Made by a program: the position numbers and the translations under genes. A model generated the notes under the pieces. That model was not told where the DNA came from. It made no database searches and saw nothing but the letters and a program-made list of their open reading frames with translations. Below are positions 43,901 through 54,853 of a stretch of DNA of 64,000 nucleotides, piece after piece. The stretch is from Guillardia theta CCMP2712 (taxonomy: Eukaryota > Protista > Cryptophyta): NCBI RefSeq assembly GCF_000315625.1, contig NW_005434567.1, positions 143,515-207,514 on the forward strand, written 5' to 3'. The stretch's first letter is position 1. Each line of letters starts with the position of its first letter.

Positions 43901-44921
43901 CTCTCCTCGCATGCCTTCAAATCGACGAGCCGCTTGTTTCTCGTCGGCCCTACCGGGCCCACTACTGGCACCTCGGCAACCTGCCGATAACCCGGGTTAA
44001 CTAAAATCGTCGCAATAATGTTTTAAATGTTTTAAAAGGGGAGTGGCCATACAGTTTTAACTTTCGACGGTAACAACATTATAGCCAGTACTGTGAATCT
44101 CTGTGATCGTGGTACCGGCTAGTGCGAAAGTTGCTTTGACGGTAGTCCACTCCACGGTAGTAACGGTACCCGGATGACGGAACGGTAGTCCAACGGTACT
44201 AGTACGGTAGTACCGTACCGTAGGCTAGCAGTGACTATCATGGCAGTGGGGCTCAGATTGTTGGTGACTCGGTGATCGGACGAGTCTCCTACTGCCAGGG
44301 TCAAGGGTCTGGCATGGCATGTCCATCAGAGTCATGAGCAGCTGCAGTGGCGCTACGGAGGGTCCGTTGAAGCGTCACCAGTCAGTGCCGCAACTTGACC
44401 GTACGGCAGTGACATGGTGCGCCGAACTTACTTGACGAATGACTTGAAACATGTCAGTCACCAGTAACGATCTTCACGGCGTGGAGTTCCGAGTCCATGG
44501 CGGACATAATGCCATAGTGTTCTGAGTTTGTACTGAATGTAAGCCTCCGATACAAGGCAGCATCCATTCAGGATCCGGGAAGAAGTTCCGAGCTCGGAAT
44601 CGGGAGCCGGCCACGTTTAACTTGACACCGTCCTACTATGACGCAAGGTTTCTTGTGTCCCGACCTCAATCAGCTGACAAAGCACGGTATGTCAGACCGG
44701 GCAATAAGAAGAGAGTGAGAACGCGGAAAGAAAACACAAGAGCCAAGATGGGGGGAGGGAAGGGAGATAAGGAAGGTGGAGGAGATTAAAGAACAGAGAA
44801 ACCAATATCAAAGGAGGAGAGAAACGAAACCAGAGAATAAGAAGCTACACAAAGGCAAGTAAAATGAAATCTATGACCTCAATCCCTCCCTCGCCTCCTC
44901 CTTTCATGTTGCCACTCTTGC

Positions 44922-47900
44922 TCATCCCTGCGATGGTGTCAATAGAGCAACAAGTCTAACGCTGACAGCACCATTACCAACAGAATCAACCTCCAGCAAG
45001 GGAAAGAAGCGAAGAGCTCTCGATGATAAGATGCTTCTTTTCAGCACACATAAACCAAAACAAGCAAAAATCAACAAACCACCAACAGAGACTCTGATCA
45101 AAATGGTATTCAAAAAGAAGGCACAAGTCCCCCCGTTGGGCCCTGTGTACCCAGCGTTGCACTTGCAGTCCGTCAGGTTGCTGCTGCCCGCGGCAGAGTA
45201 GGCGTGCTCGGGGCAAGCGACGCAGCCGCCGGGGTTACTGCCAAGCTTGTACGTCCCTGCCGTGCACTCACTGCAGGGACCCCCGTCAGGGCCCGTCCAG
45301 CCGGCGTTGCACTTGCAGTCCGTCACGACCAGCGAGCCCCCAGCTGACCATGACCCCGTCGGACAAGCCTGGCACGGGCCCTCCTCGGGCCCGTACCGAC
45401 CTGCGACGCACGTGCAGTTGTGTATGCTGACTGATCCTTCCATTGACGTCACGCCTGTGCTCTCCGTGCTGCACGCGCTGCACCCTGCCGACCCCGTCGA
45501 GCTCTTGTACGTGCCTGCTCGGCATGCCGTGCAGGCTCCCCCGTCGGGCCCTGTGTACCCGGCGTTGCACTTGCAGTCCGTCAGGTTGCTGCTGCCCGCG
45601 GCAGAGTAGGCATGCTCGGGGCAAGCGACGCAGCCGCCGGGGTTACTGCCAAGCTTGTACGTCCCTGCCGTGCACTCACTGCAGGGACCCCCGTCAGGGC
45701 CCGTCCAGCCGGCGTTGCACTTGCAGTCCGTCACGACCAGCGAGCCCCCAGCTGACCATGACCCCGTCGGACAAGCCTGGCACGGGCCCTCCTCGGGCCC
45801 GTACCGACCTGCGACGCACCGGCAGTCTGAGGGAGAGGTCGACGCCGGGGCTGCCGTGTCTGCCTCTGCCGGACACGAGGAGCATTGCCCTGCTCCGAAG
45901 GCGCTCTTGTACTTGCCCACGTCGCATGCTTGACACCTGGGCGTGTCCATGACAGCGTAGAGGTAGTATCCGTTGTAGGGGCAGGAGTAGTAGTAGGAGC
46001 TTGTTGTGATTGAGATGGTGATGGTAGTTCCCACAGTCTTGGTCACGCTGATAGGAACGGTTTGAAACCTGGATGGCTGACAGGAGTAGCCGCTGTATCG
46101 AAGGTATTGCCCGTAATACGACCCATCCACGTACACGTTGAAGTACTTGGTGGATCCTGAAAAGCCTGTATGCATCACATCGAAGCTGAAGGTCATGGGG
46201 CTGGAGGTGACGAGCATGTCGAAGGAGCATGACGGACTGTAGCTGGATGTCGACCCGCACACCGGAGCTTGCGTGTATCCCGGCAAGCATCCACAGTCCG
46301 CAAGGCTCGTCGACCCCTCTGGCGACGTCACGCCCGTGCTCTCCGTGCTGCACGCGCTGCACCCTGCCGACCCCGTCGAGCTCTTGTACGTGCCTGCTCG
46401 GCATGCCGTGCAGGCTCCCCCGTCGGGCCCTGTGTACCCAGCGTTGCACTTGCAGTCCGTCAAGTTGCTGCTGCCCGCGGCAGAGTAGGCATGCTCGGGG
46501 CAAGCGACGCAGCTCCCGGGGTTACTGCCAAGCTTGTACGTCCCTGCCGTGCACTCACTGCAGGGACCCCCGTCAGGGCCCGTCCAGCCGGCGTTGCACT
46601 TGCAGTCCGTCACGACCAGCGAGCCCCCAGCTGACCATGACCCCGTCGGACAAGCCTGGCACGGGCCCTCCTCGGCCCCGTACCGACCTGCGACGCACGT
46701 GCAGTTGTGTATGCTGACTGATCCTTCCATTGACGTCACGCCCGCGCTCTCCGTGCTGCACGCGCTGCACCCTGCCGACCCCGTCGAGCTCTTGTACGTG
46801 CCTGCTCGGCATGCCGTGCAGGCTCCCCCGTCGGGCCCTGTGTACCCGGCGTTGCACTTGCAGTCCGTCAGGTTGCTGCTGCCCGCGGCAGAGTAGGCAT
46901 GCTCGGGGCAAGCGACGCAGCCGCCGGGGTTACTGCCAAGCTTGTACGTCCCTGCCGTGCACTCACTGCAGGGACCCCCGTCAGGGCCCGTCCAGCCGGC
47001 GTTGCACTTGCAGTCCGTCACGACCAGCGAGCCCCCAGCTGACCATGACCCCGTCGGACAAGCCTGGCACGGGCCCTCCTCGGGCCCGTACCGACCTGCG
47101 ACGCACCGGCAGTCTGTGGGAGAGGTCGACGCCGGGGCTGCCGTGTCTGCCTCTGCCGGACACGAGGTGCATTGCCCTGCTCCGAAGGCGCTCTTGTACT
47201 TGCCCACGTCGCATGCTTGACACCTGGGCGTGTCCATGACAGCGTAGAGGTAGTATCCGTTGTAGGGGCAGGAGTAGTAGTAGGAGCTTGTTGTGATTGA
47301 GATGGTGATGGTAGTTCCCACAGTCTTGGTCACGCTGATAGGAACGGTTTGAAACCTGGATGGCTGACAGGAGTAGCCGCTGTATCGAAGGTATTGCCCG
47401 TAATACGACCCATCCACGTACACGTTGAAGTACTTGGTGGATCCTGAAAAGCCTGTATGCATCACATCGAAGCTGAAGGTCATGGGGCTGGAGGTGACGA
47501 GCATGTCGAAGGAGCATGACGGACTGTAGCTGGATGTCGACCCGCACACCGGAGCTTGCGTGTATCCCGGCGAGCAGCCACAGTCCGCAAGGCTCGTCGA
47601 CCCCTCTGGCGACGTCACGCCCGTGCTCTCCGTGCTGCACGCGCTGCACCCTGCCGACCCCGTCGAGCTCTTGTACGTGCCTGCTCGGCATGCCGTGCAG
47701 GCTCCCCCGTCGGGCCCTGTGTACCCAGCGTTGCACTTGCAGTCCGTCAGGTTGCTGCTGCCCGCGGCAGAGTAGGCATGCTCGGGGCAAGCGACGCAGC
47801 CGCCGGGGTTACTGCCAAGCTTGTACGTCCCTGCCGTGCACTCACTGCAGGGACCCCCGTCAGGGCCCGTCCAGCCGGCGTTGCACTTGCAGTCCGTCAC

Positions 47901-49469
47901 GACCAGCGAGCCCCCAGCTGACCATGACCCCGTCGGACAAGCCTGGCACGGGCCCTCCTCGGGCCCGTACCGACCTGCGACGCACCGGCAGTCTGTGGGA
48001 GAGGTCGACGCCGGGGCTGCCGTGTCTGCCTCTGCCGGACACGAGGAGCATTGCCCTGCTCCGAAGGCGCTCTTGTACTTGCCCACGTCGCATGCTTGAC
48101 ACCTGGGCGTGTCCATGACAGCGTAGAGGTAGTATCCGTTGTAGGGGCAGGAGTAGTAGTAGGAGCTTGTTGTGATTGAGATGGTGATGGTAGTTCCCAC
48201 AGTCTTGGTCACGCTGATAGGAACGGTTTGAAACCTGGATGGCTGACAGGAGTAGCCGCTGTATCGAAGGTATTGCCCGTAATACGACCCATCCACGTAC
48301 ACGTTGAAGTACTTGCTGGACCCTGAAAAGCCTGTATGCATCACATCGAAGCTGAAGGTCATGGGGCTGGAGGTGACGAGCATGTCGAAGGAGCATGACG
48401 GACTGTAGCTGGATGTCGACCCGCACACCGGAGCTTGCGTGTATCCCGGCAAGCATCCACAGTCCGCAAGGCTCGTCGACCCCTCTGGCGACGTCACGCC
48501 CGTGCTCTCCGTGCTGCACGCGCTGCACCCTGCCGACCCCGTCGAGCTCTTGTACGTGCCTGCTCGGCATGCCGTGCAGGCTCCCCCGTCGGGCCCTGTG
48601 TACCCGGCGTTGCACTTGCAGTCCGTCAGGTTGCTGCTGCCCGCGGCAGAGTAGGCATGCTCGGGGCAAGCGACGCAGCTGCCGGGGTTACTGCCAAGCT
48701 TGTACGTCCCTGCCGTGCACTCACTGCAGGGACCCCCGTCAGGGCCCGTCCAGCCGGCGTTGCACTTGCAGTCCGTCACGACCAGCGAGCCCCCAGCTGA
48801 CCATGACCCCGTCGGACAAGCCTGGCACGGGCCCTCCTCGGGCCCGTACCGACCTGCGACGCACCGGCAGTCTGTGGGAGAGGTCGACGCCGGGGCTGCC
48901 GTGTCTGCCTCTGCCGGACACGAGGTGCATTGCCCTGCTCCGAAGGCGCTCTTGTACTTGCCCACGTCGCATGCTTGACACCTGGGCGTGTCCATGACAG
49001 CGTAGAGGTAGTATCCGTTGTAGGGGCAGTTATTCACGTAGCTGGAAGTTTGGACTCGTACATGGACTGTTGTTCCCACAGTCTTGGCTACGCTTATGTT
49101 CACACGCTCGAACTTTAACTCGTCACAGTCGTATCCTTCGCTCTCGAGGTATTTTCCGTAATACGACCCATCCACGTACACTTCAAAGTACTCGGAGGAG
49201 TGCGAAAAATCGGTATGCATCACATCGAAGCTGAAGGTCATGGGGCTGGAGGTGACGAGCATGTCGAAGGAGCATGACGGTGCTGGGAGCTCTTTCGACT
49301 TGCAAATCGCATGTGCTCGAGCAACTTCCAAAGCATATCCTGCAGGACATGAGCACGTGGTATTGCTCAAACAAGTCATGTTGTTCTGAACAAATGCTTG
49401 CGCCTTCAATCTCAGAAGAAGGATTGAGAATGTGACAAGAACTCTAGCTGAGGACGTCGACTGCTTCAT
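44922..49469 (-). CDS. Large Cys-rich type I surface protein with ephrin-receptor-like (GCC2/GCC3) repeats and four beta-rich domains
   Basis: Intronless ORF of about 1,515 aa. Leader ARVLVTFSILLLRLKAQA; repeats C-C-AGY-GPDGG-C--C-AGTYK---G---C--CP; C-terminal TM ILIRVSVGGLLIFACFGLCVL. Internal DNA repeat periods of 879 and 408 bp. Confidence 0.9.
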   Translation of the reverse strand: MKQSTSSARVLVTFSILLLRLKAQAFVQNNMTCLSNTTCSCPAGYALEVARAHAICKSKELPAPSCSFDMLVTSSPMTFSFDVMHTDFSHSSEYFEVYVDGSYYGKYLESEGYDCDELKFERVNISVAKTVGTTVHVRVQTSSYVNNCPYNGYYLYAVMDTPRCQACDVGKYKSAFGAGQCTSCPAEADTAAPASTSPTDCRCVAGRYGPEEGPCQACPTGSWSAGGSLVVTDCKCNAGWTGPDGGPCSECTAGTYKLGSNPGSCVACPEHAYSAAGSSNLTDCKCNAGYTGPDGGACTACRAGTYKSSTGSAGCSACSTESTGVTSPEGSTSLADCGCLPGYTQAPVCGSTSSYSPSCSFDMLVTSSPMTFSFDVMHTGFSGSSKYFNVYVDGSYYGQYLRYSGYSCQPSRFQTVPISVTKTVGTTITISITTSSYYYSCPYNGYYLYAVMDTPRCQACDVGKYKSAFGAGQCSSCPAEADTAAPASTSPTDCRCVAGRYGPEEGPCQACPTGSWSAGGSLVVTDCKCNAGWTGPDGGPCSECTAGTYKLGSNPGGCVACPEHAYSAAGSSNLTDCKCNAGYTGPDGGACTACRAGTYKSSTGSAGCSACSTESTGVTSPEGSTSLADCGCSPGYTQAPVCGSTSSYSPSCSFDMLVTSSPMTFSFDVMHTGFSGSTKYFNVYVDGSYYGQYLRYSGYSCQPSRFQTVPISVTKTVGTTITISITTSSYYYSCPYNGYYLYAVMDTPRCQACDVGKYKSAFGAGQCTSCPAEADTAAPASTSPTDCRCVAGRYGPEEGPCQACPTGSWSAGGSLVVTDCKCNAGWTGPDGGPCSECTAGTYKLGSNPGGCVACPEHAYSAAGSSNLTDCKCNAGYTGPDGGACTACRAGTYKSSTGSAGCSACSTESAGVTSMEGSVSIHNCTCVAGRYGAEEGPCQACPTGSWSAGGSLVVTDCKCNAGWTGPDGGPCSECTAGTYKLGSNPGSCVACPEHAYSAAGSSNLTDCKCNAGYTGPDGGACTACRAGTYKSSTGSAGCSACSTESTGVTSPEGSTSLADCGCLPGYTQAPVCGSTSSYSPSCSFDMLVTSSPMTFSFDVMHTGFSGSTKYFNVYVDGSYYGQYLRYSGYSCQPSRFQTVPISVTKTVGTTITISITTSSYYYSCPYNGYYLYAVMDTPRCQACDVGKYKSAFGAGQCSSCPAEADTAAPASTSPSDCRCVAGRYGPEEGPCQACPTGSWSAGGSLVVTDCKCNAGWTGPDGGPCSECTAGTYKLGSNPGGCVACPEHAYSAAGSSNLTDCKCNAGYTGPDGGACTACRAGTYKSSTGSAGCSACSTESTGVTSMEGSVSIHNCTCVAGRYGPEEGPCQACPTGSWSAGGSLVVTDCKCNAGWTGPDGGPCSECTAGTYKLGSNPGGCVACPEHAYSAAGSSNLTDCKCNAGYTGPNGGTCAFFLNTILIRVSVGGLLIFACFGLCVLKRSILSSRALRFFPLLEVDSVGNGAVSVRLVALLTPSQG

Positions 49470-49849
49470 GACTGAACCTATCAAGTCTCTTGCTCACCAC
49501 CTATTTGTTGAGCATCCGCTGAGAAAGACAGACAGTCAATCAACGATCGTCTCCCTCATGCTCCTTGTTTCACCTTCTCTGCTTCAGCCGCCAGTCGCAC
49601 ATGCATGGCTGCAGGCCAGCTGCTCGTCTCGCAGGAAAAAAGCTTTTTATATACATACTAGTGACCAGCTCGTACCTTGCGGTACCAGTCTGAGATAGTG
49701 GTACTATGCTTTACTCATTAATAATACCTCCCTCTACCAAGTTATACACAGTGCTGCAACGACTAGAACAGTTGAACATAAAATGAGTATTACGATGGAG
49801 TACTCAGTTTTTCACTTAACTTTCGGAGTAAACTTGCCAAGTTGAGCTA

Positions 49850-51630
49850 GAGTCTCCGTCCGATCATGGGCCTGGTTCACAGCCGGGCCGCCCGGCGGCG
49901 CCGAGTCGGACTGACTCAGTGCGCCTCAGGCCGGACGTTAGCGCAAGGGGTAAATTTAGGTTGTTTTGCACGGGCATTTAAAATCGCTGTGTACAATAGA
50001 ACGTGGCATTAGCGGCGTATCGAGGCCCCAAGTTTTTTTTTCACGGTCTCCATTCAAGTCCAATTTGAACAGGCGGTAACGCTCACAACAGTGCCGCCGC
50101 AATCACATGTGGTGAAACGGCGAGGTGGGCTCGGGAAAACATCTTCATCTGGGGGAAAACAAGGTATTGTTTTCCCCCAGAAATAGCCGTTACGGAATAT
50201 TATTCAAATTTTCCTAACCGCTAATGCCACGTTTTTGAGAAATTGTGAGGGAAAACAAATACATTTTATTCTGCACCCCTTGCGCTAACGTCCGGCCTCA
50301 CTGAGCCTGAGTCAGTGACGGGCCACATCCGATGCCCGCAATGATGATCACCTGATCAAAGCCTCAGGTCCTGAGTGAGACTCTCCGATGCCGCCGCGGC
50401 CGCGCAGCCTGGCAGCCTTGAACCCGGACACTCAGAGAATCATGGCACGGTCCCAACATGGCCCTAAAGATCGGGACTCAGTTTCCGAAGTTCCGGGCCG
50501 CCCGGCAACTTGGCAACCGACCGTCGGGTCCAATGCCATGACAGTGATGCCATGATCCATTACTAGTACGTCATGATCTTGGATTTTGGGCATTTTCTTC
50601 CGCCAGTGGGTTGTCTTCAATCGAGAACAAAAGTAGGGTGGCTCCGGGGTAGTTGTATAAGTACTGTATTCTACATTTGCTGCTCTGGTACAAATTACAT
50701 GTTTTTAACAATTTCAAATCGATTTCAAAGCCTCTGAAATCGTCAAATCCCTAGCGCTTGCACGCCGGCACGTCTCCCCATGACCTTGGCACGCAGTACA
50801 CTGAAAGAGGACCCAGCGTGACGCCATAATGGAAGCGGACGGTACTAGGCTGGACTGGCAAACCGTGGCAGTGCCGCCGCCCGGGCCGCCCGGCATCCGC
50901 CGGATAGCGTGGCAGTCCCCCCAAACTGAGGCGCGGCCTTTCTCGACCCGGGATGATGCCAGGCGCGGCGGCAGGGCCGCCTTGCCCGGCCGCTTCAGGC
51001 GCCCGGCCGGAGCACTGAACTTCCGATTGGACCGTCCGAGTCGGGCCGCGCGGCCGGGGCCCTCCGAGAAAGGCTGCTGAGTGGAACGGCGGGCACCGTG
51101 TCAGTCGGCGGGGGGAGCCTCACAGTGACAGGCTCAGCCCTGGCAGGCGGGGGCCCTCGCCGGGCCTGTTGAAGCCAGTGAGCCTCGGAGACGTCCCTCG
51201 GAACCCGGCGACACTCGGCGGTCAAAACTCTCAGGCTTTGACCGGGGGGGGGGGACAGACTCGCCGGGCGGGCTGGGCCGGGGCCGCCCGCCCGCTCACT
51301 GCCGTGCCCCTGACTCTGGCAGTGACTCAGGCCGCCGGACTCCAGTCCTCAGTCACCTGGCGGCCGGGCGCCGCCGCTGAGTGATACCCGGTACCGTACC
51401 GCCGGACAGTCGTCCCGGCGGCGTGTGCCGCGAGTGCCGCATCCGATCCGATCGGACTCTGAGGAGCCTCCAAGTACGGTCCGAGTCAAGCCTATTACTA
51501 CGGAAGCAACTGTCAGCCCGGTGAGGCAGCGGCCGCGGCGGCCCGGCCCGGCCCCGGCGCGGCGGCCCGGCGGCGTGAACCGTTCACGGTTGAACTTTTA
51601 GGTCCGCGGCCGGGCCGGCCTCGGGTTGTC
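49850..51630. other. GC-rich intergenic island hosting the MITE
   Basis: Same word vocabulary as the other islands. Lies between two divergent genes. Confidence 0.7.
49929..50297. mobile_element. MITE (369 bp), PIF/Harbinger-Tourist-like
   Basis: Perfect 23-bp TIRs GGCCGGACGTTAGCGCAAGGGGT (49929-49951 / 50275-50297) flanked by TCA on both sides (49926-49928, 50298-50300). Subterminal inverted repeat ACGTGGCATTAGCGG (50001-50015 / 50218-50232). No ORF. Confidence 0.88.
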
Positions 51631-51701
51631 GGGCAGAGAGCAGAGTAAAGGACTACAACAACAGTACATGGGATAGTGCGAGGAGAAGACGTCGGAAGCA
51701 G

Positions 51702-51971
51702 GGGCAGGAGGAGCAAGGACAGCAGGAGCAAGGACAGGAGGAGCAAGGACAGCAGGAGCAAGGACAGCAGGAGCAAGGACAGGAGGAGCAAGGACAGGAG
51801 GAGCAAGGACAGCAGGAGCAAGGACAGGAGGAGCAAGGACAGCAGGAGCAAGGACAGCAGGAGCAAGGACAGCAGGAGCAAGGACAGGAGGAGCAAGGAC
51901 AGGAGGAGCAAGGACAGGAGGAGCAAGGACAGGAGGAGCAGGGACAGGAGGAGCAGGGGCAGGAGGAGCAG
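51702..51971. repeat. 15-bp minisatellite x18 (GGACAG[G/C]AGGAGCAA)
   Basis: Seen directly. Ends 20 bp before the ATG at 51992. Confidence 0.95.
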
Positions 51972-51991
51972 CTCGCCAACAGCATCTGCTC

Positions 51992-54049
51992 ATGAGGAGC
52001 ATGAAACCTGTTTGTCGCCTGCTCCTCCTCTCTTCCTGGATCATCCTGCTCTTTCCCTTGCTGGCTGTGATGGGACAAGAGGGAAGGAGAGTCATTCACC
52101 TTGTAGCATACAGGCGTCATGGACGCGCCTTGAATTTGTGGCTGCGCGCCATGATAGCCGGCTCGTTGCTGAGGGAAGGAGACGTCCTGGCTGTAAGCAG
52201 CGACTCGCCAAGGCTCTTGCTCGAGGTCCTGGAGCAGATGGGTCTGCCGAAAGAGAGGGTCTTAGTTCAACCTGCTCCTCTGTACGATGAGGAGGAGCTG
52301 CAGGTTTGGAGGCATCGAGTGCTGCTATCCCTGGAGGACTCGCTGTTGTCGACCATTGCGGAGACCCTTGTCATCGTGGACTTGGACGCCATGGCTGCGG
52401 ATCTGCACAGGATGGACATGGAGGGGGAGGGAGGAGAGGAGGCCAGTCTCTCTTGCTCGATGGAACATGAAGCGCTCAGTGGTATCGCTGTGACATGCAG
52501 GCAGGATCGTCGCCGAATGCTGCAGGACAAAGGAAGGGAGCCGAGGGGGCAGGAGGGACAGGAGGGGGAGCAAGGGATAGCTGGGGAGAAGATTCAATCG
52601 GAGGATAGCCTGGGCTGCATGGTGGACGGGGCGATCGTGGTCGGGCCGATCCACCAGGTCCTCGAACTTGTCTGGAGCATTGCGATGGTGGTGGAGGCGC
52701 TTGCGCTGCGTCATGCTCGCTTCAGCCGCCGGCTGATGCTGACGATCGTCAAGAAAGTCGTGCAGGTGCGACGGGGGCAGCTGAGTGCTCTCATGACGGT
52801 GAGGAGGGGAGGAGGGGAGGTACAGCTGTGCTTCCACAGCCTCGGACGGGAAGTAGCAGGCACGAGGAAGGAGGGGGAGGGAGAGTCCCGTCCGCTGCTT
52901 GCGTCACTTCAAAGATCTCTCTCCTCTTTCGTCTCGTTGGACCGACAAGGCAGCGCGCAGGAGGAGGAAACCAGGGAGGAGGAGGTGAAGCTGAAGGTAG
53001 GGGGAGGGGAATGGGGAGAATGGGAAGAAGGAGAGGGGTATCTGTCTATCGGGGGCTATCCGGGGAGGCTGGGCAACTGGCTTTTCCGAGCAGCGGTTGG
53101 GTTGAGCTTGGCGTGGGACTCTGGGAGAACGTTTGTGCTCCCTCGCTTGCTTCCTTGCCTCACGCAGCACCCTGGGGACCCCGATCCACCGCCCTGCTCC
53201 TTCTCCTCCTCCTTCTTGTCGGGGGTGAAGAGGATAGGCGGGGAGGAAGGGATCGTGTGGAAGTCAGCACACGAGGAAAGGAGGAGCGGGTTTGATCCAG
53301 AGCTGCGGGAAGAGATTCTTAACGACAGGGAGGACAACGTTCTTGTGATGGGATTCTTCCAGTCGTTCCGCTACTTCCACCACCACAGGAGCAGAATCTT
53401 GCAAGCTCTCCGCCTCCCCGTGGCCCTGGAGCAGGCTGCATATGCTCGTTTCCAGGATATCCTCTCCTCCTTCCTGCTCAGCGGCGGCGATCGCCGCCCC
53501 CTCCTATCTGTTGGGATCCACGTGCGCCGGAGTGACTACCTGCTGTACAAGGACAAGCACCCAGTGCTCCGGGAGGAGTACTACAGGAGGGCGATGGAGG
53601 AGGTGGATGCGAGGAGTAGTGGAAGGAGAGTCGTGTACTTGCTCTTCTGTGACGAGCCGGAGTGGTGCAAGGAACTGGGATGGGTGGAGGAGAGGAGGAG
53701 GGAGATGTTTGTATCCTCCTCCTCCTCCCCCGACTTCGTCGATCTTCTGCTCATGAGCCTGTGCCAAGTCCTTATCATTGCCAACTCCTCTTTCAGCTGG
53801 TGGGCGGCGTACATGAGCAACGCAACGACGGAGGAGGACGCAGGAGACGAGATGGGGGGGAAGACAGACGAGCGGTGGATGGGGAGCGAGGGAGAGCGGA
53901 GGAAGGAGGGAGGAGGAGGGGAGCGAGAGGTTGCAGATCTCGGAGAGGAGGCAGAGGGGTTTGTTATCTGCCCAAGGGACTGGTTCGGTCCAGCTGGACC
54001 CGAGCTGGATCTGAGTGATCTCTACCCGAAGGGCTGGACAGTGCTGTGA
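51992..54049 (+). CDS. Glycosyltransferase family 11 (alpha-1,2-fucosyltransferase-like) with long N-terminal region
   Basis: GRLGNWLF, GFFQSFRYF, VGIHVRRSDY, YYRRAM, LFCDEPEWC, DLLLMSLCQVLIIANSSFSWWAAY, ICPRDWFGP. N-terminal signal or anchor. Confidence 0.9.
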   Translation: MRSMKPVCRLLLLSSWIILLFPLLAVMGQEGRRVIHLVAYRRHGRALNLWLRAMIAGSLLREGDVLAVSSDSPRLLLEVLEQMGLPKERVLVQPAPLYDEEELQVWRHRVLLSLEDSLLSTIAETLVIVDLDAMAADLHRMDMEGEGGEEASLSCSMEHEALSGIAVTCRQDRRRMLQDKGREPRGQEGQEGEQGIAGEKIQSEDSLGCMVDGAIVVGPIHQVLELVWSIAMVVEALALRHARFSRRLMLTIVKKVVQVRRGQLSALMTVRRGGGEVQLCFHSLGREVAGTRKEGEGESRPLLASLQRSLSSFVSLDRQGSAQEEETREEEVKLKVGGGEWGEWEEGEGYLSIGGYPGRLGNWLFRAAVGLSLAWDSGRTFVLPRLLPCLTQHPGDPDPPPCSFSSSFLSGVKRIGGEEGIVWKSAHEERRSGFDPELREEILNDREDNVLVMGFFQSFRYFHHHRSRILQALRLPVALEQAAYARFQDILSSFLLSGGDRRPLLSVGIHVRRSDYLLYKDKHPVLREEYYRRAMEEVDARSSGRRVVYLLFCDEPEWCKELGWVEERRREMFVSSSSSPDFVDLLLMSLCQVLIIANSSFSWWAAYMSNATTEEDAGDEMGGKTDERWMGSEGERRKEGGGGEREVADLGEEAEGFVICPRDWFGPAGPELDLSDLYPKGWTVL

Positions 54050-54853
54050 GCTGGGTGTGAGCTGCTGATGGCTTTGAATGGTTGTACTGCATGTGTCAGG
54101 TAGCAACTCATGGCCGGTTTCATCAGGCGCACATTTCAAAAGGTTTTGCTCTCTTGCACGCCTGGCCACAAGGTGATATCCCTGCTCGCGGTGACCCGCT
54201 TACACCATCGAGCTGGTCGCGTTGATCGAACCATGACGCTGAACAGCATCAAAGTCCTTGATCTGTCTTGGAGGTTTCCTCCAGCATGGGCAGACCCATC
54301 AGTGTCGCAATATGTGCGGGTGGCGGACGACCTTTTGGATGCAAGTCATGTCTGGAGGTTCTCAGGTTGATCCACGTGCATGGGCACAAAGTCGCGGATG
54401 ACTCCAGAGCAGTCAACGCGCTGCACAGAGACGGGAACGTGTTGGAGTCGTTTGGAGGAATCGTGATGATGTCGTCAAGTTGGGCTGAGCCTCGGAAGAT
54501 CCTTGCGAACCTGAGCCTTCATTGTGGAAGGGACTTGGTTACCTCGGAAAGGAGGCAGCAGGCAGGATTCTAAACGTTTCTGATAAAGAGAGAGAGATGA
54601 GAGGAGGTCGGGCGAAATGGAGGAGAGGAGAAGAGAGTAGGGAAGGGAGGAGGGAAGGGAGGGACGTTAGCGGAGAGAGGGGAGGAGGAGGAGGAGGAGG
54701 AGGAGCATGACGCATTCAATATCTCAGTTGGGCACGACGCAACTAAGGAGATAGCAAGCTCGTGCAAACAGAGTAAAGAGAGCATAAGAAAGGAAGGAGA
54801 GGCGAGAGACGACGAGGGGAAGCAGAGAACGAGCATGAGGAAGGGCTGCGGGG

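Noticed and set aside
45247-48997. Repeated alternative-frame and antisense ORFs inside the surface-protein gene
   Set aside because: They recur only because the DNA repeats. The 1,515-aa frame alone has a leader, domains and a TM.
45950-49280. Diversity-generating retroelement template/variable pair in the surface protein
   Set aside because: Differences involve all four bases and many synonymous sites rather than adenines only, and there is no reverse transcriptase in the window.
51598-52290. Pentapeptide-repeat proteins (APPVL, CSSCP, SKDRR)
   Set aside because: They are translations of the 15-bp minisatellite in several frames.
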